Position numbers and translations under genes: made by a program. The notes under the pieces are model-generated. The model searched no databases, was not told the DNA's origin, and was given only the letters and a program-made list of their open reading frames with translations. Of a DNA stretch of 64,000 nucleotides, positions 37,535 through 47,116 are shown in pieces. The DNA comes from an uncultured Holophaga sp. (lineage in GTDB: Bacteria > Acidobacteriota > Holophagae > Holophagales > Holophagaceae), in the NCBI GenBank assembly GCA_963664825.1, contig OY761614.1:2080001-2144000 (forward strand). The letters are read 5' to 3'. Within the stretch, counting starts at the first letter, position 1. Every line of letters begins with the position of its first letter.

Positions 37535-37801
37535 AGGGCCACCCCGCAGAAATCGCGCGTCCAAAGGCTTGGTGCTGAGGCTTCGCGTATGGCCGCAGGC
37601 CATACCGAAATAATGATGCCCACGTGGGCCGGAATACTCATCGCGGGATCCCTGCTCGTGGTTTAGAACCGCCCCGCGTGTAGGTCTCGGACATCCCCGC
37701 AGGGGATTCCGAGATAATGATGGAGACCTGATTCGGGACGCTCATCGCGGGCACCCCTCGGGGGGGCACCAGAAACTGGGCGATGTGGCCGGAAGGCTCA
37801 A
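37535..37801 (-). repeat. Tandem array of variant uppS 5'-end copies, each followed by a hairpin
   Basis: Copy at ATG 37641 reads MSIPAHVGII, copy at ATG 37745 reads MSVPNQVSII; decayed third copy near 37775-37801; 104-107 bp period. Confidence 0.8.
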
Positions 37802-37938
37802 GGGCAGGATCTCCGGGAAGCCCCTTTCAGGGGCCTGAGGGCTTGGACGAACGGGCGAATTCTAGCATGGGGGGCGGGGCCCCAGGGGGGGTGGGGAAAA
37901 TCCTGCTAGGCTGGAGAGATCACCCGGGACTTCCACCC

Positions 37939-40293
37939 ATGGTCCAATTCAACACGCGCGCTAACGAGATCCTGCTGAAACTGGTCTACTACGGCCCAGG
38001 GCTCTCGGGCAAGACGACCAACCTCCAGTCCCTGCACGCCATGTGCCAGGAAGTGCAGCGGGGCGAGCTGTTCTCCGTCAACACCCAGGAGGATCGCACC
38101 CTCTTCTTCGATCTGCTTCCCATCAATCTCGGCTACATCTACGGCAACGCCATCCACCTTCAGATCTACACGGTGCCCGGCCAGGTGCAGTACGACGCGA
38201 GTCGGCGGGTGGTGTTGGGCGGGGCCGACGGCGTGGTCTTCGTGGCCGATTCCAGCGAATCCAAGATGCAGGAGAATGTGGATTCCCTCTCGAATCTTTA
38301 CCACAACCTCAATGCGAACCGGCTGAACATCAAGCAGATCCCCTTCGTGCTGCAGTACAACAAACGGGATCTGGATGATGCCATGCCGGTGGGCGTGATG
38401 AACCGGCGGCTCAATTTCCGCTCGGTGCCCTTTTTCGAGGCCGTGGCGCCTCGGGGCACGGGCGTATTGGAGACCTTCCTGTCCATCACCAAGGACACGG
38501 TGGGCACCACCTTCAAGAAGTATCACCTGGACAAGAAGATCAAGGATTTCGACGAGATGCTCAATCTCATCGAGACCAATATCCGCTCCAGCATGCGGGA
38601 GCTCCCGGCTGCCGATCAGCTGCCCCTGCCTCGGCCCGAGAGCACCGTGCTGCGCCATAGCGATGTGAGCGTGGCCGATCTGACCCCCGGCAAGGTGGCC
38701 GATGCCCAGGAACTCCTGGAGGATGCCCTCAAGTCCAATATGGAGACGGCCCGTCTCTACAGCGAACTCAAGCAGACCAAGGAAGCCCTGGACAAGAAGG
38801 GCGAGGAGATGGCCACCCTCTTCAATCAGCTGGAGCGGGCCAACCAGGATAATCTCAAGACCCGTCGCTACCTGGAGGGGCTCATCCAGAGCGTAGGGGA
38901 AGCCATCATCTCCTTCAGCCACGATGGCCGGATCCTCACCTGGAATACGGCCGCCGAGCAGATCTTCGGGTATCCCCGCAGCGAGATCGTCGGCAGATCC
39001 TTCCAAATGCTCCTCCCTCCTTCCAAGGCCGGAGAACTGGAACAAGCCATCCTCCAGGTAGGCAAGGGGCAGGTCCTCCGGGATATCCCCAGCGTTCGTG
39101 TGCGCAAGGGAGGCCAGGAATTTCCGGCTTCGGTCACCTACGCACCCATCCGGGGCAGCGATGACCGGGTGCTGGCCTTCTCAGCCCTGGTGCGGGATGT
39201 GGGCGAACAACGGACGCTGGAACATAAGCTGGAACACGCCGAGACCAGTTCGAGCCTGGCCCGCATCATGCCGCCCCTCTTCAACGAACTGGCCAACCGC
39301 CTCGGCCCGGTCCTGCTCCAGAAGAGCCTGTTGCTGGAGATGACCCCGGATCCGGGCCAGCAACTCCGCATGTCCCGGCTCTTGCAGGGGGTGGACGCGT
39401 CCCAGAACCTGTTGCGCCCCCTCCTGATGGTGCTCTCGCCCTCCTCTCCCCGCCTCGAATCCACGAACGTGAATCTCCTGGTCCAGGAGGCTGCCAAGCG
39501 CGTGGAAGCCGAGGCCGCCGCCAGCGGTGTGGCCATGGATTTCACCATGGATCCCACGGTGCCGGATTGCGGATTGGATCCCGATATGGTTCGGGAGGCC
39601 CTGGTCAATCTCTTCCGCAGCGGGGTCTTCGCGGCGGCGAAATCCACCGTGAAGCGGGTTCGCGTGGGCACTCGGGTGGCTGGAAACATGATCCAGATCG
39701 TGAGCCAGGATACGGGCGATGCCATTCCCGAACCCGAACAGGGGCGGGTCTTCGATCTCTCCGCGGCTTTGGACATCGAGGCTCTGGGTCTCTGCACGGT
39801 GGCCACCGTGGTCCATGCCCACGGGGGTCGTGTCTCGGTGCGCAGTCAGGCCGGGGTCGGGAATGCCTTTCTCGTGGAGTTGCCCATGTCCGATGCCGCT
39901 CCAAAAACGAATGCCGAACCCTCCATGCAGGGGAAGAAGATCCTGGTGGTCGATGACGAAGCCTTCCTGCTGGAGTGTCTCGTCGATGCCATGGAGGCCT
40001 GGGGATGTGTCGTGACGCCCTGCGACCTGGCCGCCGAGGCCATCCAGAAGCTTCAGGTGGGTAGCTTCGATCTCATCGTCTCCGATATCCGGATGCCCGG
40101 CCTGAGCGGCATCCAACTCTTCCAGTGGATTGCCGAGTACCAGCCCGAGATGACCAAGAAGATCATCTTCACCACGGGGGATGCCTTCGATCCGGAGACC
40201 CGCACCTTCCTGGAGGAGGCCAAGCTGCCTCATCTGGGCAAGCCCTTCGATCTTAAGAAGATGAAACAGGCCATGGGGGACGTGCTCATTTAG
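37939..40293 (+). CDS. MglA-like small GTPase fused to coiled coil, PAS, degenerate histidine kinase and receiver domain
   Basis: KLVYYGPGLSGKTTN, DRTLFFD, YTVPGQV, QYNKRDL; PAS WNTAAEQIFGY; kinase-like FNELANRL / LVNL / DTG; REC VVDDE..SDIRMPG..KPF. Confidence 0.85.
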   Translation: MVQFNTRANEILLKLVYYGPGLSGKTTNLQSLHAMCQEVQRGELFSVNTQEDRTLFFDLLPINLGYIYGNAIHLQIYTVPGQVQYDASRRVVLGGADGVVFVADSSESKMQENVDSLSNLYHNLNANRLNIKQIPFVLQYNKRDLDDAMPVGVMNRRLNFRSVPFFEAVAPRGTGVLETFLSITKDTVGTTFKKYHLDKKIKDFDEMLNLIETNIRSSMRELPAADQLPLPRPESTVLRHSDVSVADLTPGKVADAQELLEDALKSNMETARLYSELKQTKEALDKKGEEMATLFNQLERANQDNLKTRRYLEGLIQSVGEAIISFSHDGRILTWNTAAEQIFGYPRSEIVGRSFQMLLPPSKAGELEQAILQVGKGQVLRDIPSVRVRKGGQEFPASVTYAPIRGSDDRVLAFSALVRDVGEQRTLEHKLEHAETSSSLARIMPPLFNELANRLGPVLLQKSLLLEMTPDPGQQLRMSRLLQGVDASQNLLRPLLMVLSPSSPRLESTNVNLLVQEAAKRVEAEAAASGVAMDFTMDPTVPDCGLDPDMVREALVNLFRSGVFAAAKSTVKRVRVGTRVAGNMIQIVSQDTGDAIPEPEQGRVFDLSAALDIEALGLCTVATVVHAHGGRVSVRSQAGVGNAFLVELPMSDAAPKTNAEPSMQGKKILVVDDEAFLLECLVDAMEAWGCVVTPCDLAAEAIQKLQVGSFDLIVSDIRMPGLSGIQLFQWIAEYQPEMTKKIIFTTGDAFDPETRTFLEEAKLPHLGKPFDLKKMKQAMGDVLI

Positions 40294-40317
40294 TCGGGGC
40301 GCCCAAGGAAACAACTG

Positions 40318-40376
40318 AACCACAGAGGGCGCTGAGGGAAGGAGTTCATTTCTCCCTCTTTGCGCTCTCTGCGATT
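40318..40376. repeat. REP-like inverted repeat between convergent genes
   Basis: aaccacagagggcgctgaggga ... tccctctttgcgctctctgcgatt; similar arm style to 8641-8740. Confidence 0.55.
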
Positions 40377-40409
40377 TTGCTTTTAGCTAGGTGGGTCCAG
40401 GATCCTGGT

Positions 40410-41036
40410 TCAGTTACCCGTGAACCCGTCCGCGAGATTCACCACCGTCATGGCTTCGTATTCCTGATGCGGGCCGGTGGCGGCCCCGGCCACGTGGATG
40501 TCTGGATTGAAAATGAGGCGGCGGTGGCCCCGGTCCGGGACCCCATCGTCGATGAGGAGCTGAAGGACCGTCATGCGCGGGGTTTCCGCGCCGTAGTTGA
40601 TGACTTCCCCGAAGGTGGAAAGGGGTAGGCCGTGCTTCAGGAGCCGCTGCTGCAGGGTGGAACCGGTGGTACCCCTGTGGCCTGTCTGCTGGGTGCGGCC
40701 CTGGTCGCGCACATGGTCCCGGGCGGCCCGGGACAGGCCCTCGTCCCAGCGCAGGGGGCCGATGGGGAGGGCCTTCTCGAGGTAAGCGATGGCCTCCTCC
40801 AGGGCGGCGGCACCTTCCTCCGTCAGGACCGTGATCTGGCCGGGCCGCTTCAGCCTCTTCCCCTCGAAAAAGGGGCGGAGTTCCCGCAGGAACCGGGCGT
40901 ATTCCCGAGGGGCCGTGCGGGCCCAGGAGAGTTCCTTCACCACAGCCACTTCCAGGGCTTCGGCCTTGGGGACCTCGGGCACCTCCGGCGCTGGGCAACC
41001 GAGGGCGGGGACGAGGAGGGCCAGTGCGGGATGCAT
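40410..41036 (-). CDS. CAP (SCP) domain exported protein
   Basis: Hydrophobic N-terminus; LRWDEGLSRAARDH, TGH, GEVI, LLIDDGVPDRGHR. Confidence 0.8.
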   Translation of the reverse strand: MHPALALLVPALGCPAPEVPEVPKAEALEVAVVKELSWARTAPREYARFLRELRPFFEGKRLKRPGQITVLTEEGAAALEEAIAYLEKALPIGPLRWDEGLSRAARDHVRDQGRTQQTGHRGTTGSTLQQRLLKHGLPLSTFGEVINYGAETPRMTVLQLLIDDGVPDRGHRRLIFNPDIHVAGAATGPHQEYEAMTVVNLADGFTGN

Positions 41037-41041
41037 GAACC

Positions 41042-41761
41042 CTACTCTTCGCCCTTCCGCTGCTTGCCCTCGGGATCGAAGGTGTAGCCCACGCTGCGCA
41101 TGGTATGGACCCAGCGGGGATGGTGGGCGTCGATCTCCATGGCGCGGCGGATGCGGACGATGAAGTTGTCCACGGTGCGGGTGGTGGGGTAGGTCTCTTC
41201 GCCCCAGACCTTGTCGAGAATCTCGGTGCGGCTCACCACCTGGCCCGGTTTCTCCATGAGGAGCTTGAGGATCATGCACTCCTTCACCCCCAGCTGGAAG
41301 GCGCCTCCGGGGCCTTCGCCGCAGAAGTTCTCGAAATCCACCCAGTGGGGGCCGAAGTTCTGGCGGCCGGCCAGGGTGCGATTCCGGTACCAGGCCTCCC
41401 GGCGCAGGATGGCGCGCACGCGCAAAAGCAGCTCCCGCACCTGGAAGGGCTTGCCCAGGTAATCGTCACCGCCTGTCTCGAAGCCGTGGACGCGATCATC
41501 CTCGGTATTCTTGGCGGTGAGAAAGAGGATGGGGGTGAAGTTCTTCGCATCCCGCACCCGCTCGCAGACGGAGAATCCGTCCATGCCCGGCAGCATCACG
41601 TCCAGGATCACCAGGTCGTAATCGTCATGGAGGATGCGCTTGAGGGCCTCGTCGCCCCGGGTGATCCACTCGCAGGGCAGGCCTTCCATTTCGAGATTGA
41701 GCTTGATGCCCTCGGCCAAGCTCAGTTCGTCTTCGACCAATAGGATCCGGGGTGCGGGCAT
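41042..41761 (-). CDS. OmpR/PhoB family response regulator
   Basis: LLVEDE, LDVMLPGMDG, DDYLGKPF, RTVDNFIVRIR, TMRSVGY. Confidence 0.93.
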   Translation of the reverse strand: MPAPRILLVEDELSLAEGIKLNLEMEGLPCEWITRGDEALKRILHDDYDLVILDVMLPGMDGFSVCERVRDAKNFTPILFLTAKNTEDDRVHGFETGGDDYLGKPFQVRELLLRVRAILRREAWYRNRTLAGRQNFGPHWVDFENFCGEGPGGAFQLGVKECMILKLLMEKPGQVVSRTEILDKVWGEETYPTTRTVDNFIVRIRRAMEIDAHHPRWVHTMRSVGYTFDPEGKQRKGEE

Positions 41762-41816
41762 GGAGACTCCAGGTTATAGAAATCCTAGCGCTAGAATGGA
41801 ATTTGGAGTCTAACCA

Positions 41817-42770
41817 ATGAACACCCCTTACGTGAGCATCGTGATTCCCATCTTCAACGAGGAGGAAAACATCCCCGTTCTCTGGGAGCGCCTTTCGCGC
41901 GTGCTCCTCGAACATTTTCCCGGCGGGGACCGGGATTGGGAGGTGGTCTTCACCGACGATGGCAGCCGGGATAACAGTCTGGAGCTGCTCAAGGCCATCG
42001 CCGAACAGGAACCCCGGGTCTCCGTGGTGGAGTTCAACCGCAACTACGGTCAGCACAGCGCCATCTTCGGAGCCTTCTCCATCGTGGCCGGCCAGGTCAT
42101 TGTCACCCTGGACGCCGATCTCCAGAACCCTCCGGAGGAAATTCCCAAGCTGGTGGCCAAGATAGATGAAGGCTTCGACGTGGTGGGGGGATGGCGCCAG
42201 GGTCGCATGAATAACGACAGCCTCTTTCGGACACTGCCCTCGAAAATCGTCAATGCGGTGACTCGGAGGACAACGGGGGTGAAGCTCAACGACTACGGGT
42301 GCATGCTGCGGGCCTATCGCCGGGAGATCGTGGATGCCATGCTCCAGTGCAAGGAACGCTCGAGCTTCATTCCCGCTCTGGCCAATTCCTTCGCCAAGCG
42401 CATCACCGAAGTGCCAGTGGCCCATGCGGAGCGCGCCGCCGGCGAGAGCAAGTACGGCCTCTGGAAGCTGATCAATCTGCAGTTCGATCTGCTCACCAGC
42501 TTCAGCCTCCTGCCGCTGCAGATGCTCAGTGTGCTGGGGGTCGTCGTGGCGTTCCTGGGCTTCCTCCTGTTCCTGGGTCTCGTGGCTTACCGCTTCCTGC
42601 ATCCGGAGGGAACAGCTGAAGGTGTCTTCACCCTCTTCGCGGTCCTCTTTTTCTTCGTGGGTTGCCAGTTCGTGGCCTTCGGACTCCTGGGTGAATACAT
42701 CGGCCGCATCTACCAGGAGGTCCGGGATCGCCCCCGCTTCGTGGTCAAGCGCATCCACAAGGAACTCTGA
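41817..42770 (+). CDS. GT2 polyprenol-phosphate glycosyltransferase (ArnC/GtrB-like)
   Basis: SIVIPIFNEE, DDGSRD, RNYGQH, LDADLQNPP, DYGCMLRAY, two C-terminal TMs, GEYIGRIY. Confidence 0.9.
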   Translation: MNTPYVSIVIPIFNEEENIPVLWERLSRVLLEHFPGGDRDWEVVFTDDGSRDNSLELLKAIAEQEPRVSVVEFNRNYGQHSAIFGAFSIVAGQVIVTLDADLQNPPEEIPKLVAKIDEGFDVVGGWRQGRMNNDSLFRTLPSKIVNAVTRRTTGVKLNDYGCMLRAYRREIVDAMLQCKERSSFIPALANSFAKRITEVPVAHAERAAGESKYGLWKLINLQFDLLTSFSLLPLQMLSVLGVVVAFLGFLLFLGLVAYRFLHPEGTAEGVFTLFAVLFFFVGCQFVAFGLLGEYIGRIYQEVRDRPRFVVKRIHKEL

Positions 42771-42843
42771 AATAGGAGCTGAACCCAGCTCCTGAATGAC
42801 CCACCATTCGTTTTCTGCGATCGGCCTTTTCCCTGGAGTCCCC

Positions 42844-44241
42844 ATGCGCATCTCCTTCCACGGCGCCGCCCAGGGCGTGACGGGCTCCTGTCATCTCCTG
42901 GACACGGGTTCGGCGCGGATCCTGGTGGATTGCGGGCTCTTCCAGGGCAGCCGCAAGCTGCGGGAGGAGAACGAGGCCCCCTTCGGTTTCGATCCGGCCT
43001 CTATCGATGTGGTGCTCCTCACCCATGCCCATCTGGATCACTGCGGCCGCATCCCGCTGCTGGTGAAGCAGGGATTCAAGGGGAAGGTGATCTGCACGGC
43101 GGCGACCCGGGAGCTGGCTCGCATGGTGCTGCTGGACACGGCCCACCTCCAGGAGGAGGAGGTCGCCAGGGCCCAGCGCCGCTTGGCCCGGGGCCAGCAC
43201 ATCCACGGCATGGCCGAAGAACCTCTCTACGATCATCTGGAGGTGGAAGCGGCCTATGAACTCTTCCAGGGCGTGGCGGAGTATGGGAAGGCCTTCGAGA
43301 TCGCGCCGAATCTCAAAGTCCTATTCCAGGACGCGGGGCATATCCTCGGTTCGGCCAGCATCCTGGTGGAAGCCAAGGAAAACGGGCATTCTCGGCGCAT
43401 CGTGTTCTCGGGGGATATCGGCAGCCCCGACCACCCCATCGTGAATGACCCTGTGCCAGCGCCCGAGGCCGATGCCGTGGTGATGGAGACCACGTACGGC
43501 GGGCATCACCATCGCGGCGTCCTGGAGACCGCGATGGAATTTTTCGATGCCATTTCGACGACCATTCAGGCCGGGGGCAATGTGCTGGTGCCCACCTTCG
43601 CCCTGGAGCGGGCCCAGGAAGTGGTCTATGGTCTGCGCGAAGGCCTCGAGCACAAGCGTCTGCCCTCGGGGCTCAAGGCCTTCGTGGATTCCCCCATGGC
43701 CGTCAGCGCCACGGATGTCTTCCGAGCCCACCCCGAGTGCTACGACAGCCAGGCGCTCCTGGTGCTGAAGGACCGGGATCCCTTTGCCTTCCCTGGCCTC
43801 AGCTACACCCGGGAGCGCAGCCAATCCAAGGCCATCAACGCGGTGCGATCCGGCGCGGTGATCCTGGCGGGGGCGGGCATGTGCACGGGGGGGCGTGTGC
43901 AGCACCATCTGGAACAACTCCTGCCCCGGCCCGAGTGCGCCGTGGTCTTCGTGGGCTATGCGGCCTTCGGGACTCCCGCCCGAGCCATCATCGACGGCGC
44001 TAAGACGCTTCGGCTCTTCGGTCAGGACGTGCCCGTGCGCGCCAAGATCCACACCATCAACGGGTTCTCCGGCCACGGCGACCACGGCACCCTGATGCAA
44101 TGGCACGGGGACCGGGCCAAGGCGGGCCTCACCTTCCTGGTGCACGGCGAAGCCGATCGCGCCCAGGCCCTGCGCCAGGACCTGGAAGGGCGGGGCTTCC
44201 CATGCGAGTACCCGGCGCCCCACCAGGGATTCGAGCTCTGA
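42844..44241 (+). CDS. MBL-fold beta-CASP ribonuclease
   Basis: GVTGSCH, THAHLDHCG, AGHILGS, FSGD, METTYG, FALERAQE, FSGHGD, LVHGE. Confidence 0.9.
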   Translation: MRISFHGAAQGVTGSCHLLDTGSARILVDCGLFQGSRKLREENEAPFGFDPASIDVVLLTHAHLDHCGRIPLLVKQGFKGKVICTAATRELARMVLLDTAHLQEEEVARAQRRLARGQHIHGMAEEPLYDHLEVEAAYELFQGVAEYGKAFEIAPNLKVLFQDAGHILGSASILVEAKENGHSRRIVFSGDIGSPDHPIVNDPVPAPEADAVVMETTYGGHHHRGVLETAMEFFDAISTTIQAGGNVLVPTFALERAQEVVYGLREGLEHKRLPSGLKAFVDSPMAVSATDVFRAHPECYDSQALLVLKDRDPFAFPGLSYTRERSQSKAINAVRSGAVILAGAGMCTGGRVQHHLEQLLPRPECAVVFVGYAAFGTPARAIIDGAKTLRLFGQDVPVRAKIHTINGFSGHGDHGTLMQWHGDRAKAGLTFLVHGEADRAQALRQDLEGRGFPCEYPAPHQGFEL

Positions 44242-44331
44242 GGTCGGACTCGAAGGAGGACCCCAAAGGGCATTCCGAGAAGCTGGTCGCGGATTTCGCC
44301 CTGGGGCGCGCACGCCAAGCCAGAGTAGCTC

Positions 44332-45957
44332 TCAATAGGATCTCGGCACCTTGATCACGTCCTTAGAGGGCAGCTTGAAGGCCTCGGGCCGCTCCTTCAC
44401 GACCTTCCGCAGCCACTCCTGGGAATAGCCCTGCTCCTGGGGATGGCCCTTGGCGTCCTTCACGTAGCCATCGTTGTATTTGGTGAAGAGGGTCTCCGCC
44501 AGCTGGATCCAGCGGCGGGTCACCTGTTCGCCACTGGACACGCAGTAGTCGGTGAGGAAGCGGGTGGCCCGTTCGGGATCGGCCTTCAGCATCTCCAGAG
44601 CTGTGGCCTCGATGGCGGGCTGGAGGGCGAAGAAGTTGCCTTCCAGCTCCTGCTGGACCTTCAGGATGTCCTTGGACATGTGCGAGAAGCGGAGCTGGGC
44701 GTAGTTGGCCACGAGATTGAAGACCCACCAGGCCGAATCCCAGGAGAACTTCTTCAGCTCCCCCCGGGCGAAGGAGGGTGGCACCGCGGAGATCCCCGCG
44801 TAGAGCGGGAAGTAGCAGCTGGTGTAGGTGTCATCCACGCCGTACCACAGGAGGCCTCCCACGGGATCGGGTAGGAAGGCCCGGGCCTGGGCCACGAAGG
44901 AGCAGCCGGTCTGCTGGGCGGAGATGGGCCGCTCCCAGGTGTACGAGGCGTCATCCACCTGGAAGCCCATGGGGCGGGCTCGCAGGGGCGAGCCGAAAGG
45001 CCCCGCGTCCAGGCCCTGGGTCATGTCCAGAGGGGTGCCTTCGTAGTGGTCGCGCATGAGGGCCATGACATCCTGGACCCCGAGCTTGCGGTCGGCCTTG
45101 ATCCACAGGGGATAGGGCTTCGCGCCCTGGATGCCGTGGCAATAATCCAGCGACAGGTCCAGGGAGGGAGCCGCCCGCCGGAAGATCGACCACACGCGGC
45201 TCTCGGTGTAGCGCAGCTCCTGGGCCGTGGCAGGGCAGTAGGCCTCGCAGAAGCGGAAGGGGCCATCGGTCTTGGGGTTGAAGTAGCCCTTCTGGGTGGC
45301 GAAGGCGATCACCTCAGGCGAGTAGAGGCAGTTCTCGGGATCGTTCAGGGGAAAGCCGCCGATGCGCGAGCGGTTGGCGTGGGCGGAGATCATGCCGTCG
45401 GGCACCCTCAGGGCCACCCAGTGCGCGCCCTTGCCGCCCTCGCCGGGGCCGATCATCTCCAGAATCCAGGCTTCCTTCGTGTCGGCGATGGAGAAGGATT
45501 CGCCCGTGGAGGCATAGCCGAACTCCGCCACCAGCGAGGTCATGACCCGGATCGCCTCCCGGGCCGTGCGGGCGCGTTGGAGGGCCAGATCCATCAGGTC
45601 CCAGTATTCCAGCCCGCCCTTGCCGTTCTGGAGCTCGGCGCGGCCATCGAAGGTGGTTTCGCCGATGGCGAGCTGGTGCTCGTTCATGATTCCGGAGAAG
45701 GCATAGGTGTGAGCGACCTGGGGAATCCGCAGGCGCACCACTCCATCCCAGCCCTTGAGCTCGCACGGCTCGCCAGGCTTGTGGTCTGCCGCAGGGGCAT
45801 GCTCCAGGCGCGGGTGGAATTCCCCGTCCACCGAATAGGCGATGATCACCGAGGCATCCTTGGAGGCTCCCTTGGTCACCAGGATATTGGTGCAGGCGAG
45901 GCCCTGGCGGAAGGGCGTCAACGCGAGCAGGAGCAGCAGGATGGCGCTTCGTCGCAT
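44332..45957 (-). CDS. C69 family dipeptidase (Ntn hydrolase), secreted
   Basis: Signal peptide followed by CTNILV; MNEHQLAIGETT, HANRSRI, MRDHYEGT, ERPIS. Confidence 0.85.
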   Translation of the reverse strand: MRRSAILLLLLALTPFRQGLACTNILVTKGASKDASVIIAYSVDGEFHPRLEHAPAADHKPGEPCELKGWDGVVRLRIPQVAHTYAFSGIMNEHQLAIGETTFDGRAELQNGKGGLEYWDLMDLALQRARTAREAIRVMTSLVAEFGYASTGESFSIADTKEAWILEMIGPGEGGKGAHWVALRVPDGMISAHANRSRIGGFPLNDPENCLYSPEVIAFATQKGYFNPKTDGPFRFCEAYCPATAQELRYTESRVWSIFRRAAPSLDLSLDYCHGIQGAKPYPLWIKADRKLGVQDVMALMRDHYEGTPLDMTQGLDAGPFGSPLRARPMGFQVDDASYTWERPISAQQTGCSFVAQARAFLPDPVGGLLWYGVDDTYTSCYFPLYAGISAVPPSFARGELKKFSWDSAWWVFNLVANYAQLRFSHMSKDILKVQQELEGNFFALQPAIEATALEMLKADPERATRFLTDYCVSSGEQVTRRWIQLAETLFTKYNDGYVKDAKGHPQEQGYSQEWLRKVVKERPEAFKLPSKDVIKVPRSY

Positions 45958-46069
45958 GGGAACTCCGGAGGCGAAAGATCGGTGGGCATCCGAATTCTAG
46001 CGCCTTGGGGATGCCTCCGGCCCTTTCGGAACGACTCGAACTCCCGGGCTTATTTTGTGTCGAGAGACC

Positions 46070-47116
46070 TCAGAGCCTCAGCTGCGCCTTCAGGCTGGCG
46101 GCCATGTCCATGAAGACCTTGCTCTGGGGGCTCTCCGGGTGGCCGATGACGAGGGGTGTGCCCTGGTCGCTGCCGAGGCGGATCTCCAGATCGATGGGGA
46201 TCTCGCCCAGGAAGGGCAGGTCCATGCGGAGGGCCGCGGCCTTCACGCCGCCGTGGCCGAAGATAGGAGTCTCGCCCTGGCAGTGGGGGCAAATGAAGCT
46301 CGACATGTTCTCGATGACCCCGAGAATGGGAGTCTCCACGGTCTTGAAGAGCCCAATGGCCTTCTTGGCATCCAGGAAGGCCACATCCTGAGGCGTGCTC
46401 ACCACGATGGCGCCGCCCTTGTCGATGGCGCCCTTGGCATTCTGCACGAGGGTGATCTGCACGTCGCCCGTGCCCGGGGGCAGATCGATGAAGAGGATGT
46501 CGAGATCTCCCCACAGCACATCCCCCAGGAACTGCTGGAGAGCCTTGTTGAGCATGGGCCCCCGCCAGAGGACGGGCCGGTCCTCGTCGATGAGGAAGCC
46601 CATGCTCATGAGCTTCAGGCCGAACTTCTCGATGGGCTTGATCTTGCCCTCGGGGGTGCCTTCGGGGCCGTCCTGGATGCCGAACATCATGGCCATGCTG
46701 GGGCCGTAGATATCGGAATCCAGTAATCCCACCCTCAGCCCCAGCTTCGCGGCCGCGCAGGCCAGATTGGCCGCCACGGTGCTCTTGCCCACGCCCCCCT
46801 TGCCGCTGCCAATGACCACGGCAGCCTTCACGGTGGGCAGCAGGTTCTTGAAATCCGCCTCGGGCGCGCGCTCCCAGGTGAAGGCCAGATCCACCTCTTC
46901 GACTCCATCCACCGCGCTGAACCTTTCGCGAAGGGCCTGGCCGATGAGTTCCTCCCGATCCTTATAGGCCTCCAGGAGTTGGAGGGTGAGCCGGACTTTG
47001 GCGCCCTCCAGGTCGATGCCCTTGACGGCCTTCAGGGCCACCAGGCTGGTCTGGACGCCGGGGACTTCCCAGGTATTGAGGATATCGAATAGGGCGGCGC
47101 GGCTGATCTGGGTCAC
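46070..47116 (-). CDS. apbC: Mrp/NBP35 Fe-S cluster carrier ATPase
   Basis: SGKGGVGKST, DIYGPS, WRGPM, DLPPGTGD, ENMS, CPHC. Confidence 0.9.
   Translation of the reverse strand: MTQISRAALFDILNTWEVPGVQTSLVALKAVKGIDLEGAKVRLTLQLLEAYKDREELIGQALRERFSAVDGVEEVDLAFTWERAPEADFKNLLPTVKAAVVIGSGKGGVGKSTVAANLACAAAKLGLRVGLLDSDIYGPSMAMMFGIQDGPEGTPEGKIKPIEKFGLKLMSMGFLIDEDRPVLWRGPMLNKALQQFLGDVLWGDLDILFIDLPPGTGDVQITLVQNAKGAIDKGGAIVVSTPQDVAFLDAKKAIGLFKTVETPILGVIENMSSFICPHCQGETPIFGHGGVKAAALRMDLPFLGEIPIDLEIRLGSDQGTPLVIGHPESPQSKVFMDMAASLKAQLRL

Noticed and set aside
37570..37760. Tandem riboswitch (fluoride, TPP, yybP) or box C/D-like guide array suggested by the repeated taatgatg
   Set aside because: Required pairings and motifs are missing; the motif is explained as the reverse complement of Ile-Ile codons in copied uppS starts.
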